The translations under genes were made by a program, and so were the position numbers. 64,000 nucleotides of DNA from Candidatus Eiseniibacteriota bacterium (GTDB lineage: Bacteria; Eisenbacteria; RBG-16-71-46; CAVPCR01): NCBI GenBank assembly GCA_963702435.1, contig CAVPCR010000005.1, positions 320,001-384,000 of the forward strand, read 5' to 3'. The stretch's first letter is position 1. Each line of letters begins with the position of its first letter. Below are positions 16,257-27,175 of the stretch, one piece after another. The notes under the pieces were generated by a model. It did not search any database. It was not told the origin of the DNA and saw only the letters and a program-made list of their open reading frames with translations.

Positions 16257-19055
16257 CTACGAGCCCAGCATCCCGGCGAGCGCGGCAAGCGGCGCCTCGA
16301 GATGCTGCTGATCGGTGCGCACCGGCGCCCACAGATCCCCGACGGCCTCGAGTCGCGCGGCCATGTTCCGGATCGTGAACCGGCGCGGCGCGAGCTCCGC
16401 GTTCACCTCGTCCCAGCTGAGCGGCGCCGACACCGGGGCGCCGGGGAGGGCGCGCACGACGTAGGGCCCGGCCGCAGTCTGTCCCATCTGGTTCCGCAGG
16501 TAGTCCACGAACACCCGTCCCTTCCGCTCGTCCACCTTGAGCTCGAGCGTCGCCTCCTCCGGCCGGCGGGCGACGAGCACGTGACCGAGGAGCTCGGCGA
16601 AGCTGCGCACCTGGTCGTAGCTGTACTCGGGCGCGAGCGGGACGTAGATGTGGAGTCCGCTCGACCCCGTCGTCTTCGGATAGCCGCGGAGCCCGATCGC
16701 ATCGAGCAGCGCGGCGAGCTCCCGGGCGAGATCCACCACGGTCGCGAATGGCGCGTCCTTCGGATCGAGATCGAGGATCATGAAGTCGGGATGCTCGAGC
16801 GTGGGCAGTCGCGAGCCCCACGGATGCAGCGTGAACGCGGTCAGGTTGGCGAGCCAGAGGAGGGTCGATTCGCTGTCGGCGATGATGAAGCGCGTCGGTC
16901 GCTTGTCGTCGCTGCCGGCGATCGGGACGGTGCGCACGTAGGGCGGGAGCACATCGGGGGCGTCCTTCTGGAAGAAGGACGGCGCCGCGATGCCGTCCGG
17001 CCAGCGCTGGAGCGAGAGCGGGCGATCGGCGAGATGCGGCAGGAGCACCGGCGCGACCAGGCGGAAGTACGCGAAGATGTCGCGCTTGGTGATGCCGTCG
17101 TCCGGAAAGAGCACCTTGTCGGGATTGGCGAGCCGCACCTCGCCCGGCCGCGGCGTGAGATCGACGAGCGCGCCGCGGCGCACGGCCGGCGCCCGCTCCG
17201 CGGCGAGGTCCGCGCCGAGGTCCGCGGCGAGGTCCGCGGCGGACGCCGCCGGAGCGCGGTCCTCCTCGCGTACCGAGAGCGAGACGGGCATCTCCCGGTC
17301 CTTCTCACCCAGACGGCAGTCTCCCGGGGCCACGTCGGGCGCGAGTCCGAGGAACACGGGCGCCCGGAGTCCCCCGTCCCGCGTCCATTCCGCGTACTTG
17401 ACGCGCGCCACGAGCTCGGGCGCCGCCCAGCGCGCGTCGGCGATGGCCGGCGGGTCCACGAACGGCGGCGCCGGCCGCTCGCGCGCAACGAGCTCGCGGT
17501 GGAGCGTGGCGAGATTCGCGTCGTCGAAGCCCGAGCCCACGCGCGTGACGTAGTGCAGCTTCCCCTCATCGTCGTAGAGGCCGATGAGGAGAGCGCCGAA
17601 GTGGGGGCGCGAACCCTGCGGCGCCGTGAAGCCCCCGATCACGAACTCGCGGTCCTCGATCCGCTTCACCTTGAGCCACGATGTCGTGCGCCGGCCCGTG
17701 TACGGCGAGCCGAGCCGCTTCGACACGATCCCCTCGACCCCGGATTGGGCCGCCAGCTCGAAGAACGCCGCGCCCTGTCCGGTCACGTGATCGGAGTAGA
17801 GAAGCGCGGGCGGCGCGCCGTCGAGGAGCGCCGCCAGCACCGCCTTCCGCTCCTCGATCGGCATCCGCCTGAGGTCGTAGCCGTCGAGATAGAGGAGATC
17901 GAACAGGAAGGCGACCACCGGGACCTCGCGCCGCAGGCGCTCCACCTCGCGCGGCGCGGCCTGCATGCGCGGCTGCAGGCGCTGGAAATCCGCTCGACCG
18001 TTCGCGTCGAGCGTGACGATCTCGCCGTCGAGGATCGCGGTATCCGCGACGAGCGCGGCGAGCGCCGCCGCGATCTCCGGGTAGAGGGCCGTCTGGTCCC
18101 GCCCGCTCCGGCTCACGAGCCGTACGCGCGCGCCTGCATCGTCTGCGGATCCGCCGCCGCTCGTGGCCCCGACATGCGCGATGACCCGCACGCCGTCGTG
18201 CTTGAGCTCGTGGAGCCACTCCTCTCCCGCCGGCGGCGCCGCCGCCAGGGTGGCGAGCGATGGCGACACCGCGGCGGGCAGCGCCGTGCGCGCGGCGTGC
18301 GGCGAGGATTCGAGGAGCCGCCGCGTCGCCGGGTTCCACACCGCGGGCGCGTCGGCCGCGATCTCCGCGAGCGAGAGACCGCTCTTCACCGAGTAGTCCG
18401 CCTCGACCGTCACTTCGCTCCCGGGTCGCGCGAAGGCATCGCGCTTCTTGAGGAGGAGCCAGTCCTTCGCGGCCGCCGCTTCGTCCTCGCTGCCGCGCGG
18501 CCGGCGGCTCCCCCCCATGCGCACGAGGGCGAAGCGCCCGGCGAGCTTGTGACCGTGGAGCAGGAAGTCGAGCTTGCCGGCGGCGACATCGGCGACCGGA
18601 TCGGCGCTCGGTCCGAGATGCTCCCAGGTGCCGTGATCCCACAACAAGACTGACCCCGCGCCATAGTTGTCGGGTGGGATCACCCCTTCGAACGTCGCGT
18701 ACTCCCGCGGATGGTCCTCGGTGCGGGCGGCGAAGCGCTTCTCTTCGGGATCGAGCGAGGGTCCCTTCGGAACGGCCCAGGACTTGAGCACGCCGGCCAT
18801 CTCGAGGCGGAAGTCGTAGTGGAGCTGACGCGCATGGTGCTTCTGCACGCAGAAGATCGGGGCCGGGGCGCTTCCGGGGCCGCGCGTGGCGGGCGCGGCG
18901 AGGGAGTCGCTCTCCCCGGCGGGCGCCTCGGCGCCGGCGGCGCCCCCGGGTTCCGGCGTGCGCCCGAAGTCCCGCTTGGCCCGGTAGGCCGCCAGCGGCT
19001 CCGCGGCCTCTCCCGCTCCAGGCGCCGGGTCGCGGCGGTCCTGGTCGTCCTTCAT
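16257..19055 (-). CDS. ligD: DNA ligase D (phosphoesterase-ligase-polymerase)
   Basis: QKHHARQLHYDFRLE (PE), ELKHDG and EGIVSK (ligase), NPDKVLFP, DLDP and KTTGSSGLH (polymerase). Confidence 0.95.
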   Translation of the reverse strand: MKDDQDRRDPAPGAGEAAEPLAAYRAKRDFGRTPEPGGAAGAEAPAGESDSLAAPATRGPGSAPAPIFCVQKHHARQLHYDFRLEMAGVLKSWAVPKGPSLDPEEKRFAARTEDHPREYATFEGVIPPDNYGAGSVLLWDHGTWEHLGPSADPVADVAAGKLDFLLHGHKLAGRFALVRMGGSRRPRGSEDEAAAAKDWLLLKKRDAFARPGSEVTVEADYSVKSGLSLAEIAADAPAVWNPATRRLLESSPHAARTALPAAVSPSLATLAAAPPAGEEWLHELKHDGVRVIAHVGATSGGGSADDAGARVRLVSRSGRDQTALYPEIAAALAALVADTAILDGEIVTLDANGRADFQRLQPRMQAAPREVERLRREVPVVAFLFDLLYLDGYDLRRMPIEERKAVLAALLDGAPPALLYSDHVTGQGAAFFELAAQSGVEGIVSKRLGSPYTGRRTTSWLKVKRIEDREFVIGGFTAPQGSRPHFGALLIGLYDDEGKLHYVTRVGSGFDDANLATLHRELVARERPAPPFVDPPAIADARWAAPELVARVKYAEWTRDGGLRAPVFLGLAPDVAPGDCRLGEKDREMPVSLSVREEDRAPAASAADLAADLGADLAAERAPAVRRGALVDLTPRPGEVRLANPDKVLFPDDGITKRDIFAYFRLVAPVLLPHLADRPLSLQRWPDGIAAPSFFQKDAPDVLPPYVRTVPIAGSDDKRPTRFIIADSESTLLWLANLTAFTLHPWGSRLPTLEHPDFMILDLDPKDAPFATVVDLARELAALLDAIGLRGYPKTTGSSGLHIYVPLAPEYSYDQVRSFAELLGHVLVARRPEEATLELKVDERKGRVFVDYLRNQMGQTAAGPYVVRALPGAPVSAPLSWDEVNAELAPRRFTIRNMAARLEAVGDLWAPVRTDQQHLEAPLAALAGMLGS

Positions 19056-19349
19056 GAGTCGAGATCCTCGCTCATCACTCCTGCCGGTGGGCACTTACCG
19101 CAGGTGCCGGGCACCGGGACGACCGTTCGGGCCGCGCCCGGGCCGCGCCCGGGCCGCGGCCGCGATTCGGTCCTCTGGCCCGGCGCGCCCGCTGGTATAA
19201 TCGTGGTCTGACAGCAGATCCTAGCAGCGCCGCAGAGGCTCCCGGCATCAAGGATCCGCTGGACCCGTCGCCGGCCCGGCGACCTCCATCCGCCCGGAAC
19301 AACCCGGTTGCCTCACCCACGTCGCGCCTTCCTGGAGGGATTGAAGCCC

Positions 19350-21503
19350 ATGCGGAAGTTGCTCCATCGAGCCGCTCTTCTGGTCGCCCTCGGCACGGCC
19401 GGCCTTCTCGCCGCCGCATGGTCCGGGGCATCGGCCGCGGCGGCGCCCGGCGTCGAGATCGATCCCGATCTCGAGACGATGCGCCACCTGACCGCTCCCG
19501 GAGAGCTCATCCCGGTGCTCATCGTCATGGATGATCAGGCGGACGTCGACACCTTGCTGCCGATCGCGCAACGCCTCGGCCGCGCGGAGCGGCGGGCCTT
19601 CGCCATCCAGGAGCTCCGGCTCGTCGCGGCCGCGACGCAGGGCCGCCTCCGCGGGTTCCTCGCCGCCGCCGAGCAAGCAGGCCGCGCCGCCGACATCCGG
19701 CCCATCTGGCTGGCCAACGGCATCACCGCGCGCCTCACCGCGGATGCGATCGACGATCTCCTCGCCTTCGACGAGATCCGGATCGTCCAGTGGGATCAGA
19801 AGCCGCCGGCGAGCGAGATCCAGGACATCACGGAGCCGATGGAGCCGGTCGCCGCGTCGAGCGGAGACATGACGATCTGGTGGCAGCTCGACTATGTGCG
19901 GGCTCCCGAGACCTGGGCGCTGGGCTATCAGGGCGAGGGCATTGTCGTCTGCATCGTCGACTCGGGCATCGACCGCAATCACACGGATCTGAGAACGCAC
20001 ATCTGGACCAACGAGGACGAGATCGCGGCGAACGGCGTCGATGACGACCAGAACGGCTACATCGATGACACCTGGGGCTGGAACTTCGAGCTGAACAACA
20101 ACAACCCGGTGCCGGGCATCAGCCATGGGACGGGCTGCGCCGGCATCGTCGCCGGCGACGGCGCGGCCGGCACCAATACCGGCGTGGCGCCGCGCGCGCT
20201 CCTCATGTCCTGCCGCTTCGGCAGCTTCGCGCAGATGGTCCTCTCCTTCCAGTACGCGGCGGCCAACGGCGCCGACGTCATCTCGTGCAGCAACTCGGAG
20301 AAGTGGCGTTTCTCGCCGAAGCCCAACTACGACTGGTGGCGGTCCACCACCGACAACCTGCTCCTGACCGGCATCTTCCACGCGAACTCGATCGGCAACG
20401 AGGGCGACAACCTGAACACCGACCCCCTCCCGTTCAACATCGCCGCACCGGGCTGCTGCCCGTCCCCGTGGCGCCATCCGGACCAGGTGCAGGCCGGCGT
20501 GAGCGGCATCGTCGCCTGCGGCGCCGTCGATCAGCAGAACGTGATCGCCCCGTACTCCTCGGTGGGTCCGTTCGCCTGGGAGGACATCCGGGTGCACTGG
20601 ACCTCGTATCCGCACACCATGCGCCCCGAGTACCAGGACTACCCGTGGTGGGGCGGCCTGCCGGGGCTCCTCAAGCCGGACGTCATCGCCCCCGGACCCA
20701 ACACGCGCACGACCGCCCTCAGCAGCGGGTACATGACCTTCAGCGGCACCTCGGCGGCGACGCCGCACGTGGCCGGGGCCATGGCGCTCGTGGCGCAGGC
20801 GAACCCGAATCTCACGCCCGAGCAGATGTCCATGATCCTTGAGACCACGGCGGTCGATCTGGGCCCGGCCGGGAAGGACAACGTGTACGGCGCCGGTCGC
20901 CTCGACTGCTACGCGGCGGTGCAGGCGGCGCTCGCCATGAGCAACGTCGGTAGCGTCGGCGGCATCGTGATCGACTCGACGACCGAGACGGCGATCGAGG
21001 GCGTGCTCGTCGAGGTGGTCGGCGGCTCGGAGACCACGACCACCAACGCGAGCGGGCAGTACCAGATGGCCCTGCCGGCCGAAACCTACACGCTCCGCTT
21101 CACGCACCCGGACTACGTCGAGCACCAGGAGCAGGCGGTGATCGCCGCCAACAACATCACGATCCTCGATGTGGCGCTCAATCCGGCCTCGGCGGCGATC
21201 GACGATCCGGCGGCAGGCGCCCCGGCGCCGTTCGCCCTCGCCCAGAACCAGCCGAACCCGTTCAATCCGTCGACCGCGATCGGCTTCTCGCTGCCCGCGG
21301 CGGGCGACGTCTCGCTCCTCGTGTTCGACGTGAGCGGCCGCCTCCTGCGCACCCTGGCGCACGGCCGGCACGCGGCGGGCACGCATGCGGTGAGTTGGGA
21401 CGGGCGGGACGATCGGGGGCAGGCGGTGCCGTCCGGCCTCTACCTCTACCGGCTCTCGGCGAACGGAACGACCACGACGCGGCGCATGACGCTGCTCAAG
21501 TAG
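19350..21503 (+). CDS. Secreted S8 subtilisin-like serine peptidase with carboxypeptidase-regulatory-like domain and FlgD-Ig/T9SS-like CTD
   Basis: Catalytic triad IVDSG / HGT / GTSAATP; C-terminal QNQPNPFNPST...WDGRD...SGLY. Confidence 0.92.
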   Translation: MRKLLHRAALLVALGTAGLLAAAWSGASAAAAPGVEIDPDLETMRHLTAPGELIPVLIVMDDQADVDTLLPIAQRLGRAERRAFAIQELRLVAAATQGRLRGFLAAAEQAGRAADIRPIWLANGITARLTADAIDDLLAFDEIRIVQWDQKPPASEIQDITEPMEPVAASSGDMTIWWQLDYVRAPETWALGYQGEGIVVCIVDSGIDRNHTDLRTHIWTNEDEIAANGVDDDQNGYIDDTWGWNFELNNNNPVPGISHGTGCAGIVAGDGAAGTNTGVAPRALLMSCRFGSFAQMVLSFQYAAANGADVISCSNSEKWRFSPKPNYDWWRSTTDNLLLTGIFHANSIGNEGDNLNTDPLPFNIAAPGCCPSPWRHPDQVQAGVSGIVACGAVDQQNVIAPYSSVGPFAWEDIRVHWTSYPHTMRPEYQDYPWWGGLPGLLKPDVIAPGPNTRTTALSSGYMTFSGTSAATPHVAGAMALVAQANPNLTPEQMSMILETTAVDLGPAGKDNVYGAGRLDCYAAVQAALAMSNVGSVGGIVIDSTTETAIEGVLVEVVGGSETTTTNASGQYQMALPAETYTLRFTHPDYVEHQEQAVIAANNITILDVALNPASAAIDDPAAGAPAPFALAQNQPNPFNPSTAIGFSLPAAGDVSLLVFDVSGRLLRTLAHGRHAAGTHAVSWDGRDDRGQAVPSGLYLYRLSANGTTTTRRMTLLK

Positions 21504-21764
21504 CGCCGCGGACCGGTACGCAGGGCCGATCACGGGGCCCCGGCAGTCGCCTTGACCGCCGGGGCCTCGAAGCTCTTTGGGCAGCGCGGGGGGAGCGGTA
21601 GGCGCCGGCGTGCGGCGACAGATGCACGGCGCCCGGCGTGCGGCGGCGGATGCACGGCGCCGGGGGTTTGCGCCGGCACCGGGATCGGTTAACTTCGTCG
21701 CTCCGTTTGGAAATGCGGCCACCCCGGAGCGCACCTGCACGGTCTCACGCCGGAGGATGAGCAG

Positions 21765-22553
21765 CTGCTAGCGTCCGCCCTCTTCGTTCTCGTCGGCCTC
21801 TCCCTCGGCCTGCTCGGGGCCGGCGGCGGCATCCTGACCGTTCCCTTGCTCGTGCATGGCGCGGGGATCGATGCGCATGCCGCGGTGCCGCTCTCGCTCG
21901 CCATCGTCGGCGCGGCGAGCCTGTACGGAGCCGTCGTCAACGCGGGGCAGGGAAACCTCGCCGGTGCAGCCGCGCTGATGGTCGGAAGCGGCGGCATCGT
22001 CGGCTCCCGCCTCGGCGCCGCGCTCTCCCCGGCCGTTCCCGACCATCTCCTCCTCGTGATCTTCGCCCTGATCATGGCCGTGGCCGGCATCTTCATGTGG
22101 CGGCGGAGCAACGATCCCGCGAACGGCCGGCCGGAGAGGGCGGACGATCCGCCGCTCCGGCGAGCCGCCCTCCGTCTCCTGCCGATCGGACTCGCGATCG
22201 GGGTCCTGACCGGGTTGCTCGGCGTCGGCGGCGGCTTCCTGATCGTACCCGCGCTCACGCTGGCCGCCGGCCTCGACATGAAGCGAGCCACCGGGACCTC
22301 GCTGGCCGTGATCGTGGTCAACTCGGCGGCCGGCCTGTGGGGACACGCGCAGGGCGGGCGCATCCACTTCGAGGATGCGGCCGTGTTCGTGGCGATGGCG
22401 ATCCTCGGCATGGCGGTCGGCCTGCGGCTGGCCCGGCACCTGCCGGCTCGCCGCCTGCAACAGACATTCGCCGTGGGCGTGCTGGTGATGGCCGCCGTGA
22501 TCGGGCCGCTGAACCTGAGTCGACTCCTCGCCGCGGCGGGCGGGCCGCACTAG
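21765..22553 (+). CDS. TSUP (TauE/SafE) family transporter
   Basis: GLLGAGGGILTVP and GLLGVGGGFLIVPAL repeats; probable CTG start 8 nt after GGAGG. Confidence 0.88.
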   Translation: MLASALFVLVGLSLGLLGAGGGILTVPLLVHGAGIDAHAAVPLSLAIVGAASLYGAVVNAGQGNLAGAAALMVGSGGIVGSRLGAALSPAVPDHLLLVIFALIMAVAGIFMWRRSNDPANGRPERADDPPLRRAALRLLPIGLAIGVLTGLLGVGGGFLIVPALTLAAGLDMKRATGTSLAVIVVNSAAGLWGHAQGGRIHFEDAAVFVAMAILGMAVGLRLARHLPARRLQQTFAVGVLVMAAVIGPLNLSRLLAAAGGPH

Positions 22554-22631
22554 GAGGCTGTTAGGTAGAAGGGGGCGGCATCGCCCCGGGAGCATCCCGA
22601 CCGCGTCCTGGCGGACGCCTGCGAGGTCCCG

Positions 22632-23819
22632 ATGAAGCGACATTCGCGCAGACATGAGCTCGAGACGCGGGTCATCCATGCCGGCGACGAGCTGAATCCC
22701 CTGCCGTCGGTGTCCCCGCCGATCGTGCAGAGCTCGACGTTCGAGCTGGGCACGGCGGCCCGCGGCGCCGAGCTCTCCGGCGCGATAGCGCCGGCCGAGC
22801 TCTACACGCGCTGGGGCAATCCGACCACCAAGCAGGCCGAGGCCGTCCTCGCCGACCTCGAGGGCGGCGAGGCCGCGCTGTGCATGGGTTCGGGCATGGG
22901 AGCCATCAGCTCCGCCGTCGTGAGCCTGCTCGCGTCCGGCGACCACGTCGTCGCCGGGCGCTCGCTCTACGCGGGGACTACGGAGCTCTTCGGGAAGGTC
23001 CTGTCCCGCTTCGGGGTCGAGACCACTTTCGTCGACCAGACCCATCTCGCCCAGGTCCGCGCCGCGATCCAGCCGGGCCGGACCCGTCTCCTCTACGTGG
23101 AGACGCTCACCAACCCGACGCTTCAGCTGGCCGACCTCCCCGGCCTGGCCGCGATCGCCCGCGAGACCGGCATCACCTCCATGGTCGACAACACCTTCGC
23201 CACTCCGGTCAACGTGCGCCCGCTCGAGCACGGGTTCGACCTGGTCGTGCACAGCCTCACCAAGTACCTGAACGGGCACGCGGACGTGGTCGGCGGCGCC
23301 GTGATCGGCTCGCGCGCGCTGGTCGAGCGCATCTGGTATCACATGAAGATCTTCGGCCCCTCGCTCTCGCCGTTCGAGTCGTGGCTCCTCCTCCGCGGGA
23401 TGCGCACGCTCGTGCTGCGCATGGAACGGCACAACCGCAACGGCCTGGCAATCGCCCGCTTCCTGGCCGCCCATCCGAAGGTGGAGCGCGTGCACTATCC
23501 GGGGCTCGAGGATCACCCGCAGCACGCGCTGGCCCGCAGGCTCCTCGCCGGGTTCGGGGGCATGGTGTCCTTCGAGCTCCGGGGCGGCGTCGAGGCCGGG
23601 CGCCGCCTGGTCGAAGCGGTGGAGGTGGTGAAGCTGGCGGTGAGCCTCGGCGGCGTCGAGAGCCTCATCAGCCATGCGGCCTCGACCACGCACACGATGA
23701 TCCCGCGGGAGACGCGGCTCGCAGCGGGCATCGCGGACGGGCTCATCCGCCTCTCGGTCGGTGTCGAGAGCGAGGCCGACCTGATCGCCGATCTCGAGCA
23801 GGCGCTCGAGGAGGTGTAG
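22632..23819 (+). CDS. Cys/Met metabolism PLP enzyme (methionine gamma-lyase / cystathionine gamma-synthase family)
   Basis: YTRWGNPT, SGMGAI, VDNTFATP, HSLTKY and SLGGVESL motifs. Confidence 0.93.
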   Translation: MKRHSRRHELETRVIHAGDELNPLPSVSPPIVQSSTFELGTAARGAELSGAIAPAELYTRWGNPTTKQAEAVLADLEGGEAALCMGSGMGAISSAVVSLLASGDHVVAGRSLYAGTTELFGKVLSRFGVETTFVDQTHLAQVRAAIQPGRTRLLYVETLTNPTLQLADLPGLAAIARETGITSMVDNTFATPVNVRPLEHGFDLVVHSLTKYLNGHADVVGGAVIGSRALVERIWYHMKIFGPSLSPFESWLLLRGMRTLVLRMERHNRNGLAIARFLAAHPKVERVHYPGLEDHPQHALARRLLAGFGGMVSFELRGGVEAGRRLVEAVEVVKLAVSLGGVESLISHAASTTHTMIPRETRLAAGIADGLIRLSVGVESEADLIADLEQALEEV

Positions 23820-23957
23820 GCCGGCCGGAGCGCGGGAGCGCCGACGGCCGCGTGCCGCGCCGGAGCCCGTGGGGGCCGCGCCGGAGCGTCGAGCCCGTGG
23901 CTCGCCGGCCGCGCCGGTCGCGCCGACGGCCCCGCCGCGCAGCTCGCGAGGGCGGGG

Positions 23958-24656
23958 CTAGCGCGTCTCGTTCCCGGGCGGGAACGGCAGGGTCAGGGCC
24001 GGCGCCGGCTCGGCCCTGAACTCCGGGGCCGGCCGCGCCTGCTCCCGATGCGGCGCCGCAGGCACCCAGTTGAGCAGGGCGAGGCGGCCCGATCCGGAGG
24101 GCGCGAGCTCGATCACGGAGGCCGACGCCGTATCCACGGCCAGCCGCCGGAGCCCGTCGAGCGCGATGCCGACGTAGGAAGCGATGATCCCGCGGATGAT
24201 GTCGCCGTGGGAGACTGCGATGATCGAGCGGTCCTCGTGGTCCCGGGTGATCCGGTGGACCGCGCGCACCGCGCGCGCGACGAGCGAGCGGAGCGTGAGC
24301 TCGCCTTCGACGAGAACGTCGGTCGGGTCCTGGACGTAGCGACGGAAGCGGGCATCCTCCCGGCGCAGGAGATCGATCGACTTGCCGACCCAGCCGTCGA
24401 AGGCGGGCTCGTTGAGAGCGGGCTCGAATGCGTACTCCAGTCCGAGCGCCGTCGCGATCGTCTCGGCGGTCTCGCGCGCCCGTTCCATCTGGCTCGTGAC
24501 GATCGCCGCGAACGGCGCCTGTGCGGCCAGCCAGCCGGCCATGGCCGCCACGTCGCGCCGGCCGGCCTCGGACAGGGGCTCGGGCTCGTGGCCCATGACA
24601 CGCCCGGCCTCGTTCGCCGCCGTCCTGCCGTGTCGCACGAGATAGAGCCTGGTCAT
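23958..24656 (-). CDS. Histidine phosphatase family protein
   Basis: LYLVRHG, RARETA and VSHG motifs. Confidence 0.9.
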   Translation of the reverse strand: MTRLYLVRHGRTAANEAGRVMGHEPEPLSEAGRRDVAAMAGWLAAQAPFAAIVTSQMERARETAETIATALGLEYAFEPALNEPAFDGWVGKSIDLLRREDARFRRYVQDPTDVLVEGELTLRSLVARAVRAVHRITRDHEDRSIIAVSHGDIIRGIIASYVGIALDGLRRLAVDTASASVIELAPSGSGRLALLNWVPAAPHREQARPAPEFRAEPAPALTLPFPPGNETR

Positions 24657-24994
24657 GGCACCTTGCCTCGCCGCTCCCCTAGTCGACCATGCATCGGACC
24701 GCTCGCCGCGTTCGCAGCGGCGGCCCGGGCGCGCAGCATAACCGATCCCGATGGGCGCCCGGGAGCGAAGACCGCCGCGCCGCGGCCGCCGCCGCAGGAC
24801 GCGCCGCGGCCGCCGCGCCGCGGCCGCCGCCGCGGGACGGAGCGACACCATCTATGGCTGGCCGGGGGGACGAGAAGCGGCTAAGGTGTCGCGGGCGATC
24901 GTCCGACCCGCGCGGCGCGCCGGGCATCGGGTCGGGCAGGACGGCGAGCGCCGTCCCCGGCGCCCGGAGGAGATTCGAGATCCTGGCCCTCGTC

Positions 24995-26971
24995 GTGAAG
25001 ACGTTCCGCATCGCGGCCCTCGCGGCCGCCCTTCTCGCCGCTCTCCTCACCGCCGTCGCGGCCCCGGATCTCCCCTCTCTCGTTCCCTTCTCCACCCCCG
25101 CCGGACGGGCCGCCGCCCTCGGCGCGCTCGCGATCCTCGCCGCCACCATCGCCGCCGGCCTCGCAGTCGCCGGCCGCCGGCGCAGCAATCTGCGTCCGCT
25201 CGCAAATCTCTTGAAGGAGCATCCCGTCGCGGCGGGCGGTGCCGCCCTCCTCTGGGTCCTCCTCTCTTGCCATGTGCCGGCCGCCGCGAGCCGCACCGAG
25301 CTCTACCGCCTGGTCGCGAGCCTCCTCGCTCCGCTCGCGGGGCTCGTGGCAACGATCGCCGCCGCATCCTTCCTCGTTCCGAGCGCCCCCGCCGCCGCGG
25401 CGAGAAGCACGCACCGCCATGCCACGCTCCTCATCCTGCTCGCCGCCCTGTTCGCCGCCGCCGGCGCGGCCCTCATCGCGCACCTCGCCTTCGATGGCGT
25501 GCCGCACATCCAGGACGAGGTCGCATACCTCTTCGATGCGCGCGTGTTCGCCGCGGGGCGCCGCTTCGCCGCGCCGCCGCCCATTCCCGCTGCCTTCCCC
25601 GCCCCCGACTGGATCGAGATCGAGCCGACCCGCGCCTACGGCGTCTTCCCTCCGGGCTGGCCTCGACTCCTCGCCCTCGGCGTCGGGGCCGGCCGGCCCG
25701 GCCTCGTGAATCCGATCGCCGCGGCGATCACAGTCCTCCTCGCAGCCGGACTGGCCGCGCTCGCCACATCGACCCGCGACCGCGCGCGGACCCGGACCTC
25801 GCTCGCCACGGCCTGGCTCGTGGCCACGAGCCCGTTCTTCCTCGTGCTCGCGGGGAGTTACATGGCGCACACGGCCGCGACCCTGTGGACCGCCTGCGCC
25901 TTTCTCTTCTATGCCCTCACCGCCCGCGTCACAGACGGCGGCCCGGGAGCGGGCACGCGTCTCGCTCTCGCCCCGGGACCCGTGGCCGGACTGGCAGCGG
26001 CGCTCCTGCTCCTCACCCGGCCGATCGAGGCGATCGCCGTGTTCGCCGCGACGGCAGCGGATGCCGCGCTCGCGCGGCGCGGCGCCTGGCCCGCCCTCAC
26101 CTGGATCGCGCTCGGGCTCGTCCTCGGCGGCGTCCTCCTCGGCGCCGATCAGGCGGCGGTCACCGGATCGCCCTGGGTGCCGCCGGTCGAGCGCTACTTC
26201 GAGCGGCACCACGCGCCGGCCACCAACGGGCTGGGTTTCGGCTCCGCCGTGGGACTCACCTGGGACGGAGGGGCCCCCGGGCACTCCCCCGGCGAAGCGC
26301 TCGCGAACGCGCGACGGAACCTCGAAGCGCTCAACCGCCATCTCGGCGGCTGGCCCGCCGGCTCGCTCCTCCTTCTCCTCGTCTTCCTCGGCGCGGCGCC
26401 GAAGACGCGCCTCGAACGTCTCCTCCTCCTCCACGCCGCATGCATCGTCGTCCTCTACGCGCTCTACTGGTACCACGGGCTCGCGCTCGGCCCGCGCTTC
26501 CTCGCCTCGCTCGCGCCGGGGCTCGCGCTCTTCACGTGGCGCGGCGCCGCCCGCGCGGGCGACTGGTTCGAGCGCGCCTGGCCCGGGAAGAACCTGGCGG
26601 CCCGCATCGAGGCCGCGCTCCTCGTGTCGGTCGCCTGCGGGCTCGTCCTCTATCTTCCCCTCAAGGTCATGACCGAGTACCGGGGGCTTCGTGGCGTCGA
26701 TGCGAGGATCGTGCGCCAGGTCGAGGCCACGCCGGCGCCCGCACTCGTCTTCATTCGCGGCCCCCGGTGGCCCGATCTCGCGAGCGCCTACTACCTGGAT
26801 GCTCCCGACTTCCGCGGCCCACGCGTCGTCGCGATGAGCCGCGGCCCGGCCCTCGACCGGGAGCTCGCCGCCGCCTATCCGGGGTACCGCGCCTGTATCA
26901 TCGAGCGGGGCGTGGGCGTCCATGGTCTGGACGCGGATGTCCCCGAGGCGCCGGCCCCCGCTACCCCCTAG
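24995..26971 (+). CDS. Multi-TM GT-C (ArnT/PMT-like) glycosyltransferase-like membrane protein
   Basis: Many TM helices; PHIQDEVAYLFDAR and GVFPPGWP loop; GPRF motif. Start uncertain (24854 possible). Confidence 0.7.
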   Translation: MKTFRIAALAAALLAALLTAVAAPDLPSLVPFSTPAGRAAALGALAILAATIAAGLAVAGRRRSNLRPLANLLKEHPVAAGGAALLWVLLSCHVPAAASRTELYRLVASLLAPLAGLVATIAAASFLVPSAPAAAARSTHRHATLLILLAALFAAAGAALIAHLAFDGVPHIQDEVAYLFDARVFAAGRRFAAPPPIPAAFPAPDWIEIEPTRAYGVFPPGWPRLLALGVGAGRPGLVNPIAAAITVLLAAGLAALATSTRDRARTRTSLATAWLVATSPFFLVLAGSYMAHTAATLWTACAFLFYALTARVTDGGPGAGTRLALAPGPVAGLAAALLLLTRPIEAIAVFAATAADAALARRGAWPALTWIALGLVLGGVLLGADQAAVTGSPWVPPVERYFERHHAPATNGLGFGSAVGLTWDGGAPGHSPGEALANARRNLEALNRHLGGWPAGSLLLLLVFLGAAPKTRLERLLLLHAACIVVLYALYWYHGLALGPRFLASLAPGLALFTWRGAARAGDWFERAWPGKNLAARIEAALLVSVACGLVLYLPLKVMTEYRGLRGVDARIVRQVEATPAPALVFIRGPRWPDLASAYYLDAPDFRGPRVVAMSRGPALDRELAAAYPGYRACIIERGVGVHGLDADVPEAPAPATP

Positions 26972-27175
26972 GCGGCAGGCTCCCTCCTGCGCTATGCTGG
27001 TGGATCGAAGGAAGCGGGATCCGCCGCCCGCTTCGTCGAAGCGGTCGCCGGCCGGTTGCCCACGCCGGCCGCAAGGTCCAGGTGCTTGCCGGGGTCTCAC
27101 CGCCCGGGGTGCCTCGCCGCGGCTGGGTGACCTGACCCCAGTCCCGGCTCAGATCCCTATTGCACGAGGATACCG

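Noticed and set aside
22553..22632. SAM or other riboswitch ahead of the Cys/Met lyase
   Set aside because: The spacer is only ~80 nt and shows no recognisable riboswitch consensus.
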